From a virus (Duplodnaviria; Caudoviricetes), in the IMG/VR virus record IMGVR_UViG_3300030376_007323, positions 30,010-94,009 of that record: 64,000 nt of DNA; one strand, given 5' to 3'. Under the pieces are notes generated by a model. The model did not search any database. It was not told where the DNA came from and was given only the letters and a program-made list of their open reading frames with translations. Below, piece after piece: positions 1 to 8,681 of the stretch. The translations under genes and the position numbers were made by a program. Numbering within the stretch: the stretch's first letter is position 1; each line of letters opens with the position of its first letter.

Positions 1-362
1 TCTAACACATCCTCTTGTTCTTTTAGTTTATTGTTTTGTTGGTTTATTTTATTTTTTGCTTCTAGTAACTCTTTTTTTAGTTTTTCTAATTCTTCAATAA
101 GGTGGGTGTCTTTTACTTCTTTGGTTACTATTTTTTCAATTATCACCTCTTTCTCTACAGGTATTTCTTTTATTATTTCTTTTATTATTTCTTTTTCTAC
201 TGGTACTTCTTGTATTTGAGACTTGGGTAAAAATGGTGCTACTCCATATTTATCCAAAGTTAATCCGTCTTTAGCACATTTAATGATAAAACCATCAACG
301 TCTTCTACTTCATTTAGTTGACAGTAATCTTTAAACTCTTTGTATTGTTGTTTACTAAGCAT
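1..362 (-). CDS. Partial ORF (runs off left edge): VEK/VPV-repeat and coiled-coil protein, missed by ORF track
   Basis: Manual translation from ATG at 362: MLSKQQYKEFKDYCQLNEVEDVDGFIIKCAKDGLTLDKYG...EVPVEKEIIKEIIKEIPVEKEVIIEKIVTKEV...LEKLKKELLEAKNK; open to position 1; start overlaps the stop of the upstream nuclease. Confidence 0.85.
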   Translation of the reverse strand, partial: MLSKQQYKEFKDYCQLNEVEDVDGFIIKCAKDGLTLDKYGVAPFLPKSQIQEVPVEKEIIKEIIKEIPVEKEVIIEKIVTKEVKDTHLIEELEKLKKELLEAKNKINQQNNKLKEQEDVL

Positions 363-1137
363 TTATTAAAATTTCTTTTTGTTTTTCAATATCTTCGATA
401 TCTTTTATTATAAAATTAAGATATGGTTGGGGATTATCAAGATTAAAAGATTTATATTTTTCTTTTTTAACATCGTAGACACCGTATCCGTGATTTTTAA
501 TACTTTCACCGAAATTTTGGATTATCGTAGAACCTACCATATAAGCTTTTTTATTACCTGGTATTTTGAATTGTTGTCTTTTATGTATGTCACCTGCAAG
601 GACTACATCACAACCTTCAAATCTATCTACACTATAACCATCATCAAAAACAAACCCAAAGTCGTTAGATGACCCTTCTATAGGTCCGTGGAATAACCCT
701 ATTTTATATTTATCCGTATTCTCAGGAATATCTGGTCTTGTGTTATGTTCTCGTAAAGAATATACACACCACAAAATATTTTCATCTTCATAACAACCCC
801 TATCTTTATAATAAATTATATTATTATTATTCAAACTATCAACAATAGGTGATAAAGCATCTACCCTATCTATATTATTTTCTAAAAAATCATGATTACC
901 AATTAAATAAATACATTTACAAATTTTAGCTGTTTCTGTCATAATCCAAGACATTAGATTTATTAGTTCTGGTGTCATTTGGTTTTTGGAGTGGACAAAA
1001 TCACCAGTAAAAACTATCCTGTCTGGTTTTTCTTTTTCCCAAAGTTTAAATGCTTGTTCTAACACTCGTTTGTCTCTTTTATGTTGTTTATAGAGTTTTA
1101 AATGTAAATCCGAGTAATGTATTATTTTATTTATCAT
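355..1137 (-). CDS. sbcD: Mre11/SbcD-like metallophosphoesterase (T4 gp47-like recombination nuclease)
   Basis: Calcineurin-like motifs SDLH, GDFVH, GNHD, FHG, GDIH. Confidence 0.85.
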   Translation of the reverse strand: MINKIIHYSDLHLKLYKQHKRDKRVLEQAFKLWEKEKPDRIVFTGDFVHSKNQMTPELINLMSWIMTETAKICKCIYLIGNHDFLENNIDRVDALSPIVDSLNNNNIIYYKDRGCYEDENILWCVYSLREHNTRPDIPENTDKYKIGLFHGPIEGSSNDFGFVFDDGYSVDRFEGCDVVLAGDIHKRQQFKIPGNKKAYMVGSTIIQNFGESIKNHGYGVYDVKKEKYKSFNLDNPQPYLNFIIKDIEDIEKQKEILINA

Positions 1138-2029
1138 TTTTTTTAAGTAGTTGTATTGAGTCTTTTAGGGTAAGAGTTTCCGGTGTTTTATCTAATTTTA
1201 ATTTATCAATCACCACCCTAATAATCGTACTAAGGATTAATGTAATCCCTAACATTATAAAAAATTGTGCCCAGTAGTTAGAAAATATGTTGTACACAAA
1301 AAATAATAGTATAATACCAGCAATTACGTAACCTAAGTTATAGTAAATCGTAATGATAAGCTCGTAAAGTTTGGGCATCTTTTTATATATGTACCCCAAA
1401 CCTTTAAGTGGGTGAATGTCTGTTAGATAATGTTTACTATCATTTTTATCTTTAAAAATAGACAATGTCAGAAATATTGTAAAACCTGTTAATAAGAGGG
1501 ACCCTAGTAAATACACCACAAAAAATATTAGAGCTGGAAAAAACATAAGAGGTAGTTCTAAAAATTGATTTTTAAAGTCTGGAACTTCTGTCTTGAATGT
1601 TCTTCTGACATTTATTACGTGTTCATCCCCATATAACTCTTTTAGTACTTTTAACCTATGATTACCATTTATTATTACCCACTTTTTTTTTCTATTATCT
1701 TTTTTTTCACGTACTAGTATATACCCATATTTTTCTGGTAGGTACCCATTTCTTTCTATACTACTTTTTAATCTTTCCCAAGGATAGACACCCCCACCAG
1801 GTAAAAAGAATAAAAATTTTGACCTTTTAATTCTAGCCCATGTATTAGTGTCTTCTTTCCACTCTTTTTTTTCTTTTTCAATATCTTCTACTGATTTCTT
1901 ACCGACACTAACAATTCCTTTGTTGTTATATCTTCCTGAGTGAATTAGGTCTTTTATTTTAACTTTTATTATATCTTGTGATTGTGGTTCACCAAACCAA
2001 CTTTCTTGTGTTTCTTTTTTGTCTACCAT
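1127..2029 (-). CDS. ParB/Srx-like N-terminal domain fused to ~4 transmembrane helices
   Basis: LKSSIERNG...WVIINGNHRLKVLKEL (ParB GxxR box); hydrophobic stretches in the C-terminal half. Confidence 0.65.
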   Translation of the reverse strand: MVDKKETQESWFGEPQSQDIIKVKIKDLIHSGRYNNKGIVSVGKKSVEDIEKEKKEWKEDTNTWARIKRSKFLFFLPGGGVYPWERLKSSIERNGYLPEKYGYILVREKKDNRKKKWVIINGNHRLKVLKELYGDEHVINVRRTFKTEVPDFKNQFLELPLMFFPALIFFVVYLLGSLLLTGFTIFLTLSIFKDKNDSKHYLTDIHPLKGLGYIYKKMPKLYELIITIYYNLGYVIAGIILLFFVYNIFSNYWAQFFIMLGITLILSTIIRVVIDKLKLDKTPETLTLKDSIQLLKKNDK

Positions 2030-2033
2030 AACC

Positions 2034-2804
2034 CTATTTTTTTTCCATTATTTTTAGTATTTCACTTCTAAAATCATAACACTTCATAATTTTATAGGTT
2101 TCATTATTTTCGTTAAACCACACTATGTAGTTATCACCTAACTCTAATTCTGTATTTCTTTCTACTATTAATTTATAAAACGATAATTGTAACGAGTAAG
2201 TGTTTAATTCACAAACATCTAAATGAGAAAGTGGTTGTTTGAACTGTTGCCATTTATTTTCTTTTTTTATGGCCTTATTAGTTTTCCAGTCCCATATTTC
2301 TAATTTCTTAGATTTCTCATTATAGAATAGTTGGTCAATCATACCTGTAACACCCCATTCTTTGTCCCCCACCACTACCTCTGCTCTTACGGGGATAAGT
2401 TTACCAAAAGACTTGTCGTAGAATTCCTTAAACATCTCTGTTAGTTTATCTACAGCTCCTTTACATTCTAACATGTGTTCTACACTACCTAAAGCTTCAG
2501 TAATTTTGTGTTCCGGAAAAGGGAACAATTTATTAGTTAAAAAGTTTTCAGCGTATTCATGAAAAGCTGAACCTTTTTCACATGAAAAATCTGCCTTATA
2601 TTTCCACTCTTTTAAAATTTCTTCTTTAGTTATGCCCCTCTCATCAGCTTTTTTTTGTGACCAATAATCCTTATCAAATGGGTGTTTATATTTACCTATT
2701 ATTGAGGTTACTGATTTTGTTTTTACCCCATCTAAATAATAGATGTGTTCCTTATCGTGAAACTTTATATTATTAAACTTTGCTAATTCTCTAGTAATTT
2801 TCAT
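2034..2804 (-). CDS. PD-(D/E)XK exonuclease (lambda-exo/Cas4-like phage family)
   Basis: SVTSII, GSAFH, E-x-GMIDQL, DWKT, YSLQLSFY motifs. Confidence 0.8.
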   Translation of the reverse strand: MKITRELAKFNNIKFHDKEHIYYLDGVKTKSVTSIIGKYKHPFDKDYWSQKKADERGITKEEILKEWKYKADFSCEKGSAFHEYAENFLTNKLFPFPEHKITEALGSVEHMLECKGAVDKLTEMFKEFYDKSFGKLIPVRAEVVVGDKEWGVTGMIDQLFYNEKSKKLEIWDWKTNKAIKKENKWQQFKQPLSHLDVCELNTYSLQLSFYKLIVERNTELELGDNYIVWFNENNETYKIMKCYDFRSEILKIMEKK

Positions 2805-2805
2805 T

Positions 2806-3720
2806 TTATAGTAATGTTATTTCTTTTAGTCCTTCTACGCCACCTAATTCACCAACATCCTTATCTTTAGGTACTTTTAAAAGTCTTATTTTACCATTTA
2901 GTTTACCACCCTCAAGTTTTCTATATAATTTTTGTGCATCCTCCCAAGCATCACCATCTAAACATATAACTATATTCTTTTTAGCGTTATCATATAATTT
3001 TGACCATAATTTATCACTCACACTCTTACCTAGAAGTGGTACAGAATTTTCAATAAAAAACATATCGAAAACACCTTCTACTAAATATATATCTTTTTCC
3101 CAATTTATTAAATGTTCATTAAATATTATTTTATCTTTTTCAGCTTCAGGATTTTTATACTTATTTTTGTGACCCACATATGACCTAGAAACAAAATAAT
3201 TAATTTCATTATTTTCATCAAAAGAGGGAACTATAATTCTTCCTCTATACTTACCTTCAGTAGTGTACCCTAGACAATATTGATTTATTAACTTATCACT
3301 TATATTTCTTTTTCTTAAATAATTGTAAGCCTCTTTATAGGGTATAGTAAGTTTATTCGCTTTACTAAAAGATATGTAGTCTTTAGGTAGTGTTACATCC
3401 TCGTATTTTCTTTCTACTTTTTTAATGAAATCTCCACCTATGAGCCTCCAAGTACTTTTATTTCTTTTAGTACCCCATTTTAGGAATAATTTATTTAAAG
3501 AACCGTGAGTCCCATAAGTTTCTGAACAGGCCCAACATTTAAAAACCCCCTGATGATAATTTACTTCAAAGTTACCTTTACCATCTCCCTTATCTAATCC
3601 TTTAATATCATAAGAACAAACTGGACAATCGAATGATATTTGTCCTTTACTAGGGTAGTGAGCATTTATATCCCCTAACACATCTTGTAGTAGTTCTAAT
3701 AGTAGTGGTGAATCTTCCAT
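2806..3720 (-). CDS. dnaG: DNA primase (Zn-binding domain + TOPRIM)
   Basis: CPVC...CWAC zinc finger; KYKNP; VEGVFD; LDGDA; KDVGE. Confidence 0.85.
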   Translation of the reverse strand: MEDSPLLLELLQDVLGDINAHYPSKGQISFDCPVCSYDIKGLDKGDGKGNFEVNYHQGVFKCWACSETYGTHGSLNKLFLKWGTKRNKSTWRLIGGDFIKKVERKYEDVTLPKDYISFSKANKLTIPYKEAYNYLRKRNISDKLINQYCLGYTTEGKYRGRIIVPSFDENNEINYFVSRSYVGHKNKYKNPEAEKDKIIFNEHLINWEKDIYLVEGVFDMFFIENSVPLLGKSVSDKLWSKLYDNAKKNIVICLDGDAWEDAQKLYRKLEGGKLNGKIRLLKVPKDKDVGELGGVEGLKEITLL

Positions 3721-3724
3721 AAGA

Positions 3725-3755
3725 TAAATGTATGGAATTTTTTATAGGGAATCAA
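3725..3755 (-). promoter_or_regulatory. Host-type promoter candidate upstream of primase
   Basis: Sense strand TTG-N20-TACATTTA (Bacteroidota -33/-7-like; also readable as TTGATT-N17-TACATT). Confidence 0.45.
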
Positions 3756-4352
3756 TTACCAAATTTGATTTTGTTTCATGTAACCTAAAACACATGTATA
3801 AGCATCACACATATCAAAATTTTCTTTTTTTAGTGTATTGTTACGTGTATACGACCAACTTAGTTCTGGTAGTATATTGGAAACTTGTTGCCAAATAATA
3901 TGTTTTTTATCACACCCGATTTCATAACCACCGAATAAAACTTTTCTACCCTTATTATTTTCCTGTACGAGATTTGGAAAAGCGAATTTTCTGGAGTTAT
4001 AAGTTGATATAAAATTAGGTACTATACCCAATACGTCGTAGATACATCTAGTTATAAAGGAATTGTATCTCATCAAAGTAGCTACCGTACGAATATTATT
4101 TGAGTTTATAAGTGGTTCTTCTATTATGACTTTGGTAATTCCGACATTTTTATAATCTATTAGTTTATTTTTAAAGTGGTCAGCTTTAACCAACATTTCA
4201 TCAATCTTATCCTCTTTTTTTGGTTTAACTTTAGGTGAAAAGTGCGTAAGTTCTAATAAGTCTTGACTTTGAATATCAAAAAGTGCCCAACCTATTGTTT
4301 TAGTTGATATATCTAACCCTAATACTTTAGGGGTTTTTCCTATTTTTTCCAT
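3756..4352 (-). CDS. ruvC: RuvC-like Holliday junction resolvase
   Basis: LGLDISTKTIGW, VIIEEP, DMCDAY RNase H-fold acidic motifs. Confidence 0.75.
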   Translation of the reverse strand: MEKIGKTPKVLGLDISTKTIGWALFDIQSQDLLELTHFSPKVKPKKEDKIDEMLVKADHFKNKLIDYKNVGITKVIIEEPLINSNNIRTVATLMRYNSFITRCIYDVLGIVPNFISTYNSRKFAFPNLVQENNKGRKVLFGGYEIGCDKKHIIWQQVSNILPELSWSYTRNNTLKKENFDMCDAYTCVLGYMKQNQIW

Positions 4353-4361
4353 ACAGTAAAT

Positions 4362-5528
4362 TTAGAAAGTAAGAATCAATTGTAAAGTGGTTGGGGTGTT
4401 CTTCTTTTTTTCTATCGGTCTATCTGGTTTTGCTATCGCTAGTAATTTATTTTGTGCATCATATAACCCTATTTCAGTTATATATGTTGAACTCACATCG
4501 GAAAGGTTCCAGACACTTTGGATGTCCCCAAATGGTGTTTTGAATTGTATTCCGGTATCTAATCCACCAGCACCATAATACGGTGCATCTGCACTTGCCG
4601 CTGTTTGATTTTCCGTGATATAAAATTCATCAGAACCCGCAACTAAATCTAATTGTATCTGTATTTCTTTTTCAAATGAATAATAACTACATAAACCTGA
4701 AGTTCCTGCTGTATACCAGATTTGGGTAAATCCGGAAGAAGGTCCATCATAAAGTTTAGTGGATGCGGATGAAGCTCCTGAAAAATCAAAATGTTGTCTT
4801 AATGTTGGGTCGGTGATTACAGCAAATCCTTTATCTAGATAAACTACACCCACTGGTAAGTCTTGTGATTGAGCATAAGCCTTAGGAGTATTTGAGCTGG
4901 AAACAACGTCTGTAAATCTAAAATTGTCAGTACCCCCGTTTGGGTATCCGTTAGGTATTACATTTATTTGCCATCCATCTGACCAGTTATTTATAGCAGT
5001 TACTGAACTAGCTAAAGAAGGTTTTCTAATATCATCACAGAATAAAAATGCCACATTCGATGTTGCCATACCAGGACTGCCTTGTATGTTACCTGGTATA
5101 GTTGGGTTTCCAAAATACTCTGCGGCGTCTGAATTATCTGATGAGGTTGGTAGTGGGTCATAATAGGAACTATATAATGTATATGTACCTCCAGTATCAT
5201 TAGCGAACATTAGTTTAACAGTTCTCCCATCTATTAAGGTCCCGTATTCTGTACTTGGTATATCAAAAACAATTATATCGTCTTGACTAAGTGCACTTAC
5301 CCCATTTCTTGCCCATGTTGATTCAAAAGATGTTACATCACCAGAAATTGCTGGTAAAGAAAATGAAGAATATAGATTAGAAAATGCTCTTCCATTATTA
5401 GGGTCTCTTTGAGCGGCTGTAAATTTTAAAGTACTACCACTAATTGTATTCCAACCATTCCCACTAAAAGGAACCACTAATGTTTTTATACTTTTTTGAT
5501 TATTTTGTATTTTTTTAAGTTTTCCCAT
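4362..5528 (-). CDS. Virion structural protein with C-terminal half of a tail-collar-like fold
   Basis: Ends YITEIGLYDAQNKLLAIAKPDRPIEK, paralogous to the C-terminus of 8681..11107; VGVVYLDKGFAVI motif. Confidence 0.6.
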   Translation of the reverse strand: MGKLKKIQNNQKSIKTLVVPFSGNGWNTISGSTLKFTAAQRDPNNGRAFSNLYSSFSLPAISGDVTSFESTWARNGVSALSQDDIIVFDIPSTEYGTLIDGRTVKLMFANDTGGTYTLYSSYYDPLPTSSDNSDAAEYFGNPTIPGNIQGSPGMATSNVAFLFCDDIRKPSLASSVTAINNWSDGWQINVIPNGYPNGGTDNFRFTDVVSSSNTPKAYAQSQDLPVGVVYLDKGFAVITDPTLRQHFDFSGASSASTKLYDGPSSGFTQIWYTAGTSGLCSYYSFEKEIQIQLDLVAGSDEFYITENQTAASADAPYYGAGGLDTGIQFKTPFGDIQSVWNLSDVSSTYITEIGLYDAQNKLLAIAKPDRPIEKKKNTPTTLQLILTF

Positions 5529-5529
5529 T

Positions 5530-5961
5530 TTAAATCCAGTTTTTATAGTTATTTGAGTTAGGGTTTGTATCCAAAGTTAATGAACTTTTACCAGCAAAGT
5601 AAAGCATAACCATATGAAAAGGACTTCCGTCTGAACGTCCATTATCATTCTCCTGTATACCAGGAAAAGGTTCTTTTTTAGAAATTGTGTTACTATTAGG
5701 ATAATTAACAAACATAACTTTACCTTTATTAGGTGGTGTTAAAGCGGTAATATACTTAGAGGCTTTATAATTTGCACTGTACTCTCCTGGTGTCCCATAA
5801 AATTTTAATCCATTATTTGCCCTAATAGAATCTACAAATCTACTTCCACCCCCAGGAATTGACTGGGTGTCGAAATACATAAGTTGTTGCGTACCGGCTT
5901 TTATACTATTTTCCGTATAATTACTATTTTTTCTATAAAATTCTAATGCTCTTGTATTCAT
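5530..5961 (-). CDS. Hypothetical protein
   Basis: 143-aa ORF tightly packed in the operon; no recognised motif. Confidence 0.6.
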   Translation of the reverse strand: MNTRALEFYRKNSNYTENSIKAGTQQLMYFDTQSIPGGGSRFVDSIRANNGLKFYGTPGEYSANYKASKYITALTPPNKGKVMFVNYPNSNTISKKEPFPGIQENDNGRSDGSPFHMVMLYFAGKSSLTLDTNPNSNNYKNWI

Positions 5962-5963
5962 AA

Positions 5964-7850
5964 TTATATTTGTATTTTTTGTCCACTTATTAATTTTCTG
6001 TACAATGATTTACCCCCTTCTGTTTGCCAAGCATAAGTACTACCTGTGGTATACCCATGACCTCTTGGGTCATCAGAATAAGAAGTCTGGTCAGCTCCCG
6101 CTTCTCCATACCATTTAAATGTAGCGTTATCATATATTCTATAATAATTTTGTGAATCCACATTATTATATGAAATAGAATTAGTTACTGCCTTTTTGTT
6201 AAACTTAAACCTAACAGTAACTGTACAAGGTGCGGCACTTGGGTCTGCTACAGAAAATATTTGCCATCTTATAGGTATTGATATATTATAGTCGGTAAGA
6301 CTGGCACCACTAACTCCACTCTTAAAACCACCAGAATAAGTATCAGTTTGCCAGAAATTATTATTTTGCCCACCAACATTAACAAAAATACCATCAGCCA
6401 TTTTCATCATTCTAGTGGCTAAAGTATAATATGGTTGTTGTTGTGAGGTTACTCTTGCTGCTACTGAGACTTCCCCATTATCTTTTGATGGGTATAAGTT
6501 AAAGTATGGTGAAGAACTAAGTAGTCCTTGTTGAGACCTGTTCCAACTAGAACTATACTCTAGTGAACCTAACATCAATCCGAATGTATCTACTGGATTA
6601 GTTGTTTCTGTTATTTGTATACCCTTATTTTCACGACCATTTACGTTTATATACCCACCTACTTGAGTTGTTAATCTCTCTATCTTAATTGGGTAATATG
6701 TTGGGCTTAAATCACTAGTAGCTACATTAAGTACTAATCTTGCACTTGGGATAGTCGTAGTAATGTTATCGTATCCTTTATCACCAAAACCTCCAGTATT
6801 GGTTGTAACTACACTTTCCATATCTATACTTGTTACAAACCCAACAAAAACTGACTTAATGTCGTATTGTTCACTAGACCAACCATTTAATGTATTATTC
6901 ATATTAAACATAGGATAAGCGTTTGTATTACTGTCCCATGCACTTAATCCTCCTGCGTTTACGTAACCAGTATCATAAGCTCCAAATCCTATACCTGCAC
7001 TCCCTGTCCCTCTTATATAACGTGAAGAAGATTCATTTAAACCTGGTGTGAATACCATAGAGAATGGTGATGCAATTTTTGTACCTTTTATATTGGTACC
7101 TGCATAATCTATACCATTATGTTCCCCTCTATTCATAAACGCACCTCCCGCTAACGCTAATGAGTTGTAGTAGGAATAGTCTTTATCCGCCACTAACTTT
7201 ATCGTCCCCCCTCTTAGAGAAGTTCCATCATATATTTTTATAGAGTCCCAAAAGTTTAAATATTGTGTTACACCATATTGAGACAAAGTATTTAGAAGTT
7301 GGTCATAGTCAGTAGTATTTTTTACATCTAAAGTATCACTAAAGTAAGTGTTAAAGGCTTGTGTAATCCCAGTTGGGTTACTAGATAATACTTGTTTGTG
7401 GTCATTTATATATCTAGAAGCTAATAATTTACATAAAACAAAATAATCATGTAAGTAAACATCTATCTCTATATTATCCCTATAGTAATCTACTTGATTA
7501 TTTTTATTTAAAAATCCTAATGCGACATATTTTTTAGGACTTGTTATCACATTACTACTAGCTGGTGTTACATGAACAAAATCTTTTTGTTTATATCCAC
7601 TACTTACCGCATTTCTAAAAGTTGTGTCATTACCCGTTACATCTGGTAAAAAACCTAATTGTGCAGAGTTATTACTAGTTGTTGTGGTATCTGCATGTTT
7701 TTGTGTATTTCTATAATCAATATCACTATCAGAAATACCAAACTTATCAAATAAACCCATAAAGTTTGAGGATGTTAGCATTCTTTCCCTAGCATCTTCA
7801 GTGAGTTGTATTCGTATTGTTGTCGTTGTTGCACTTTTAATATATCCCAT
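5964..7850 (-). CDS. Virion structural protein with conserved N-terminal MGY..LT..AR..FGISDSDIDY module
   Basis: N-terminus paralogous to 7902..8681 and 8681..11107; S/T/G/N-rich, beta-like body. Confidence 0.6.
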   Translation of the reverse strand: MGYIKSATTTTIRIQLTEDARERMLTSSNFMGLFDKFGISDSDIDYRNTQKHADTTTTSNNSAQLGFLPDVTGNDTTFRNAVSSGYKQKDFVHVTPASSNVITSPKKYVALGFLNKNNQVDYYRDNIEIDVYLHDYFVLCKLLASRYINDHKQVLSSNPTGITQAFNTYFSDTLDVKNTTDYDQLLNTLSQYGVTQYLNFWDSIKIYDGTSLRGGTIKLVADKDYSYYNSLALAGGAFMNRGEHNGIDYAGTNIKGTKIASPFSMVFTPGLNESSSRYIRGTGSAGIGFGAYDTGYVNAGGLSAWDSNTNAYPMFNMNNTLNGWSSEQYDIKSVFVGFVTSIDMESVVTTNTGGFGDKGYDNITTTIPSARLVLNVATSDLSPTYYPIKIERLTTQVGGYINVNGRENKGIQITETTNPVDTFGLMLGSLEYSSSWNRSQQGLLSSSPYFNLYPSKDNGEVSVAARVTSQQQPYYTLATRMMKMADGIFVNVGGQNNNFWQTDTYSGGFKSGVSGASLTDYNISIPIRWQIFSVADPSAAPCTVTVRFKFNKKAVTNSISYNNVDSQNYYRIYDNATFKWYGEAGADQTSYSDDPRGHGYTTGSTYAWQTEGGKSLYRKLISGQKIQI

Positions 7851-7901
7851 ATTAGTATTCTCTTATTATATAATTATCTACTTATCCAATTTATTTTATT
7901 A

Positions 7902-8681
7902 TTATATACACCCTATACAATCTCCATTACATGGTGAATCTTTACCTAAATGTTCACAAAGTAAACAAAAAACTTCTTTATCATTACAAAAATTCATTAT
8001 ATCCTTTCCTGCATGTTTCATACAATTAATGAATATATTAAAATCTTCCATGTCAACCAAACCATCACCATTAAAATCCCCTACCAACTCCTGTGTACCA
8101 TCTTGTTTATTACCCATTAAATTTAAAAATATTTTTAAATCATCCACATCAATCTCTTCATTCTTGTTAAAATCTGCACACACCCAACAAAATGATGGGA
8201 AAAAAGGGACTACAGAATAACTAAGTTTCCAACAAGTATTAAATATTCCACTATCAGGATTTTCTATATCAGTTGATTCGTTTGGTGCATTGTATTTTAA
8301 CCAAATATTAGAAGGTTGTGGTGCTATTCCTAGGTTAGTGGTTAATAACTTAGATAGTCCTGTTTGGACTTCATATCTTGGTCCCACCATTACACTAGCG
8401 TAAGTCACTATACCACCTGACATGGTTGTTAGTTCCCCTCCTCTTGCGTCTGGTAAGTCATAAAAACATGAACTACTTAAGGCACTTAACCCACTCTCAC
8501 TCTGACATGTACCCCCAGTAGTAAATCTTCTATAATCTATATCTTTATCACTTAAACCAAATTTTTCAATAGAATTATATAAACTACCTGTAGAAGCTAA
8601 AGTAAATTTACCATAGTCTGATAGGTATAATCTAAATGTATTGCCGGACAGTGCATTATTATGTATATTTAAGTATGCCAT
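7902..8681 (-). CDS. Structural protein with shared N-terminal module and C-terminal dockerin-like (tandem Ca-binding) domain
   Basis: ADFNKNEEIDVDDLKIFLNLM and GDFNGDGLVDMEDFNIFINCM match the dockerin DxNxDGxIDxxD-helix duplication; flanking CxxC pairs. Confidence 0.7.
   Translation of the reverse strand: MAYLNIHNNALSGNTFRLYLSDYGKFTLASTGSLYNSIEKFGLSDKDIDYRRFTTGGTCQSESGLSALSSSCFYDLPDARGGELTTMSGGIVTYASVMVGPRYEVQTGLSKLLTTNLGIAPQPSNIWLKYNAPNESTDIENPDSGIFNTCWKLSYSVVPFFPSFCWVCADFNKNEEIDVDDLKIFLNLMGNKQDGTQELVGDFNGDGLVDMEDFNIFINCMKHAGKDIMNFCNDKEVFCLLCEHLGKDSPCNGDCIGCI

Noticed and set aside
2034-2804. Cas4/CRISPR system
   Set aside because: No four-Cys Fe-S motif, no other cas genes, no repeat-spacer array seen
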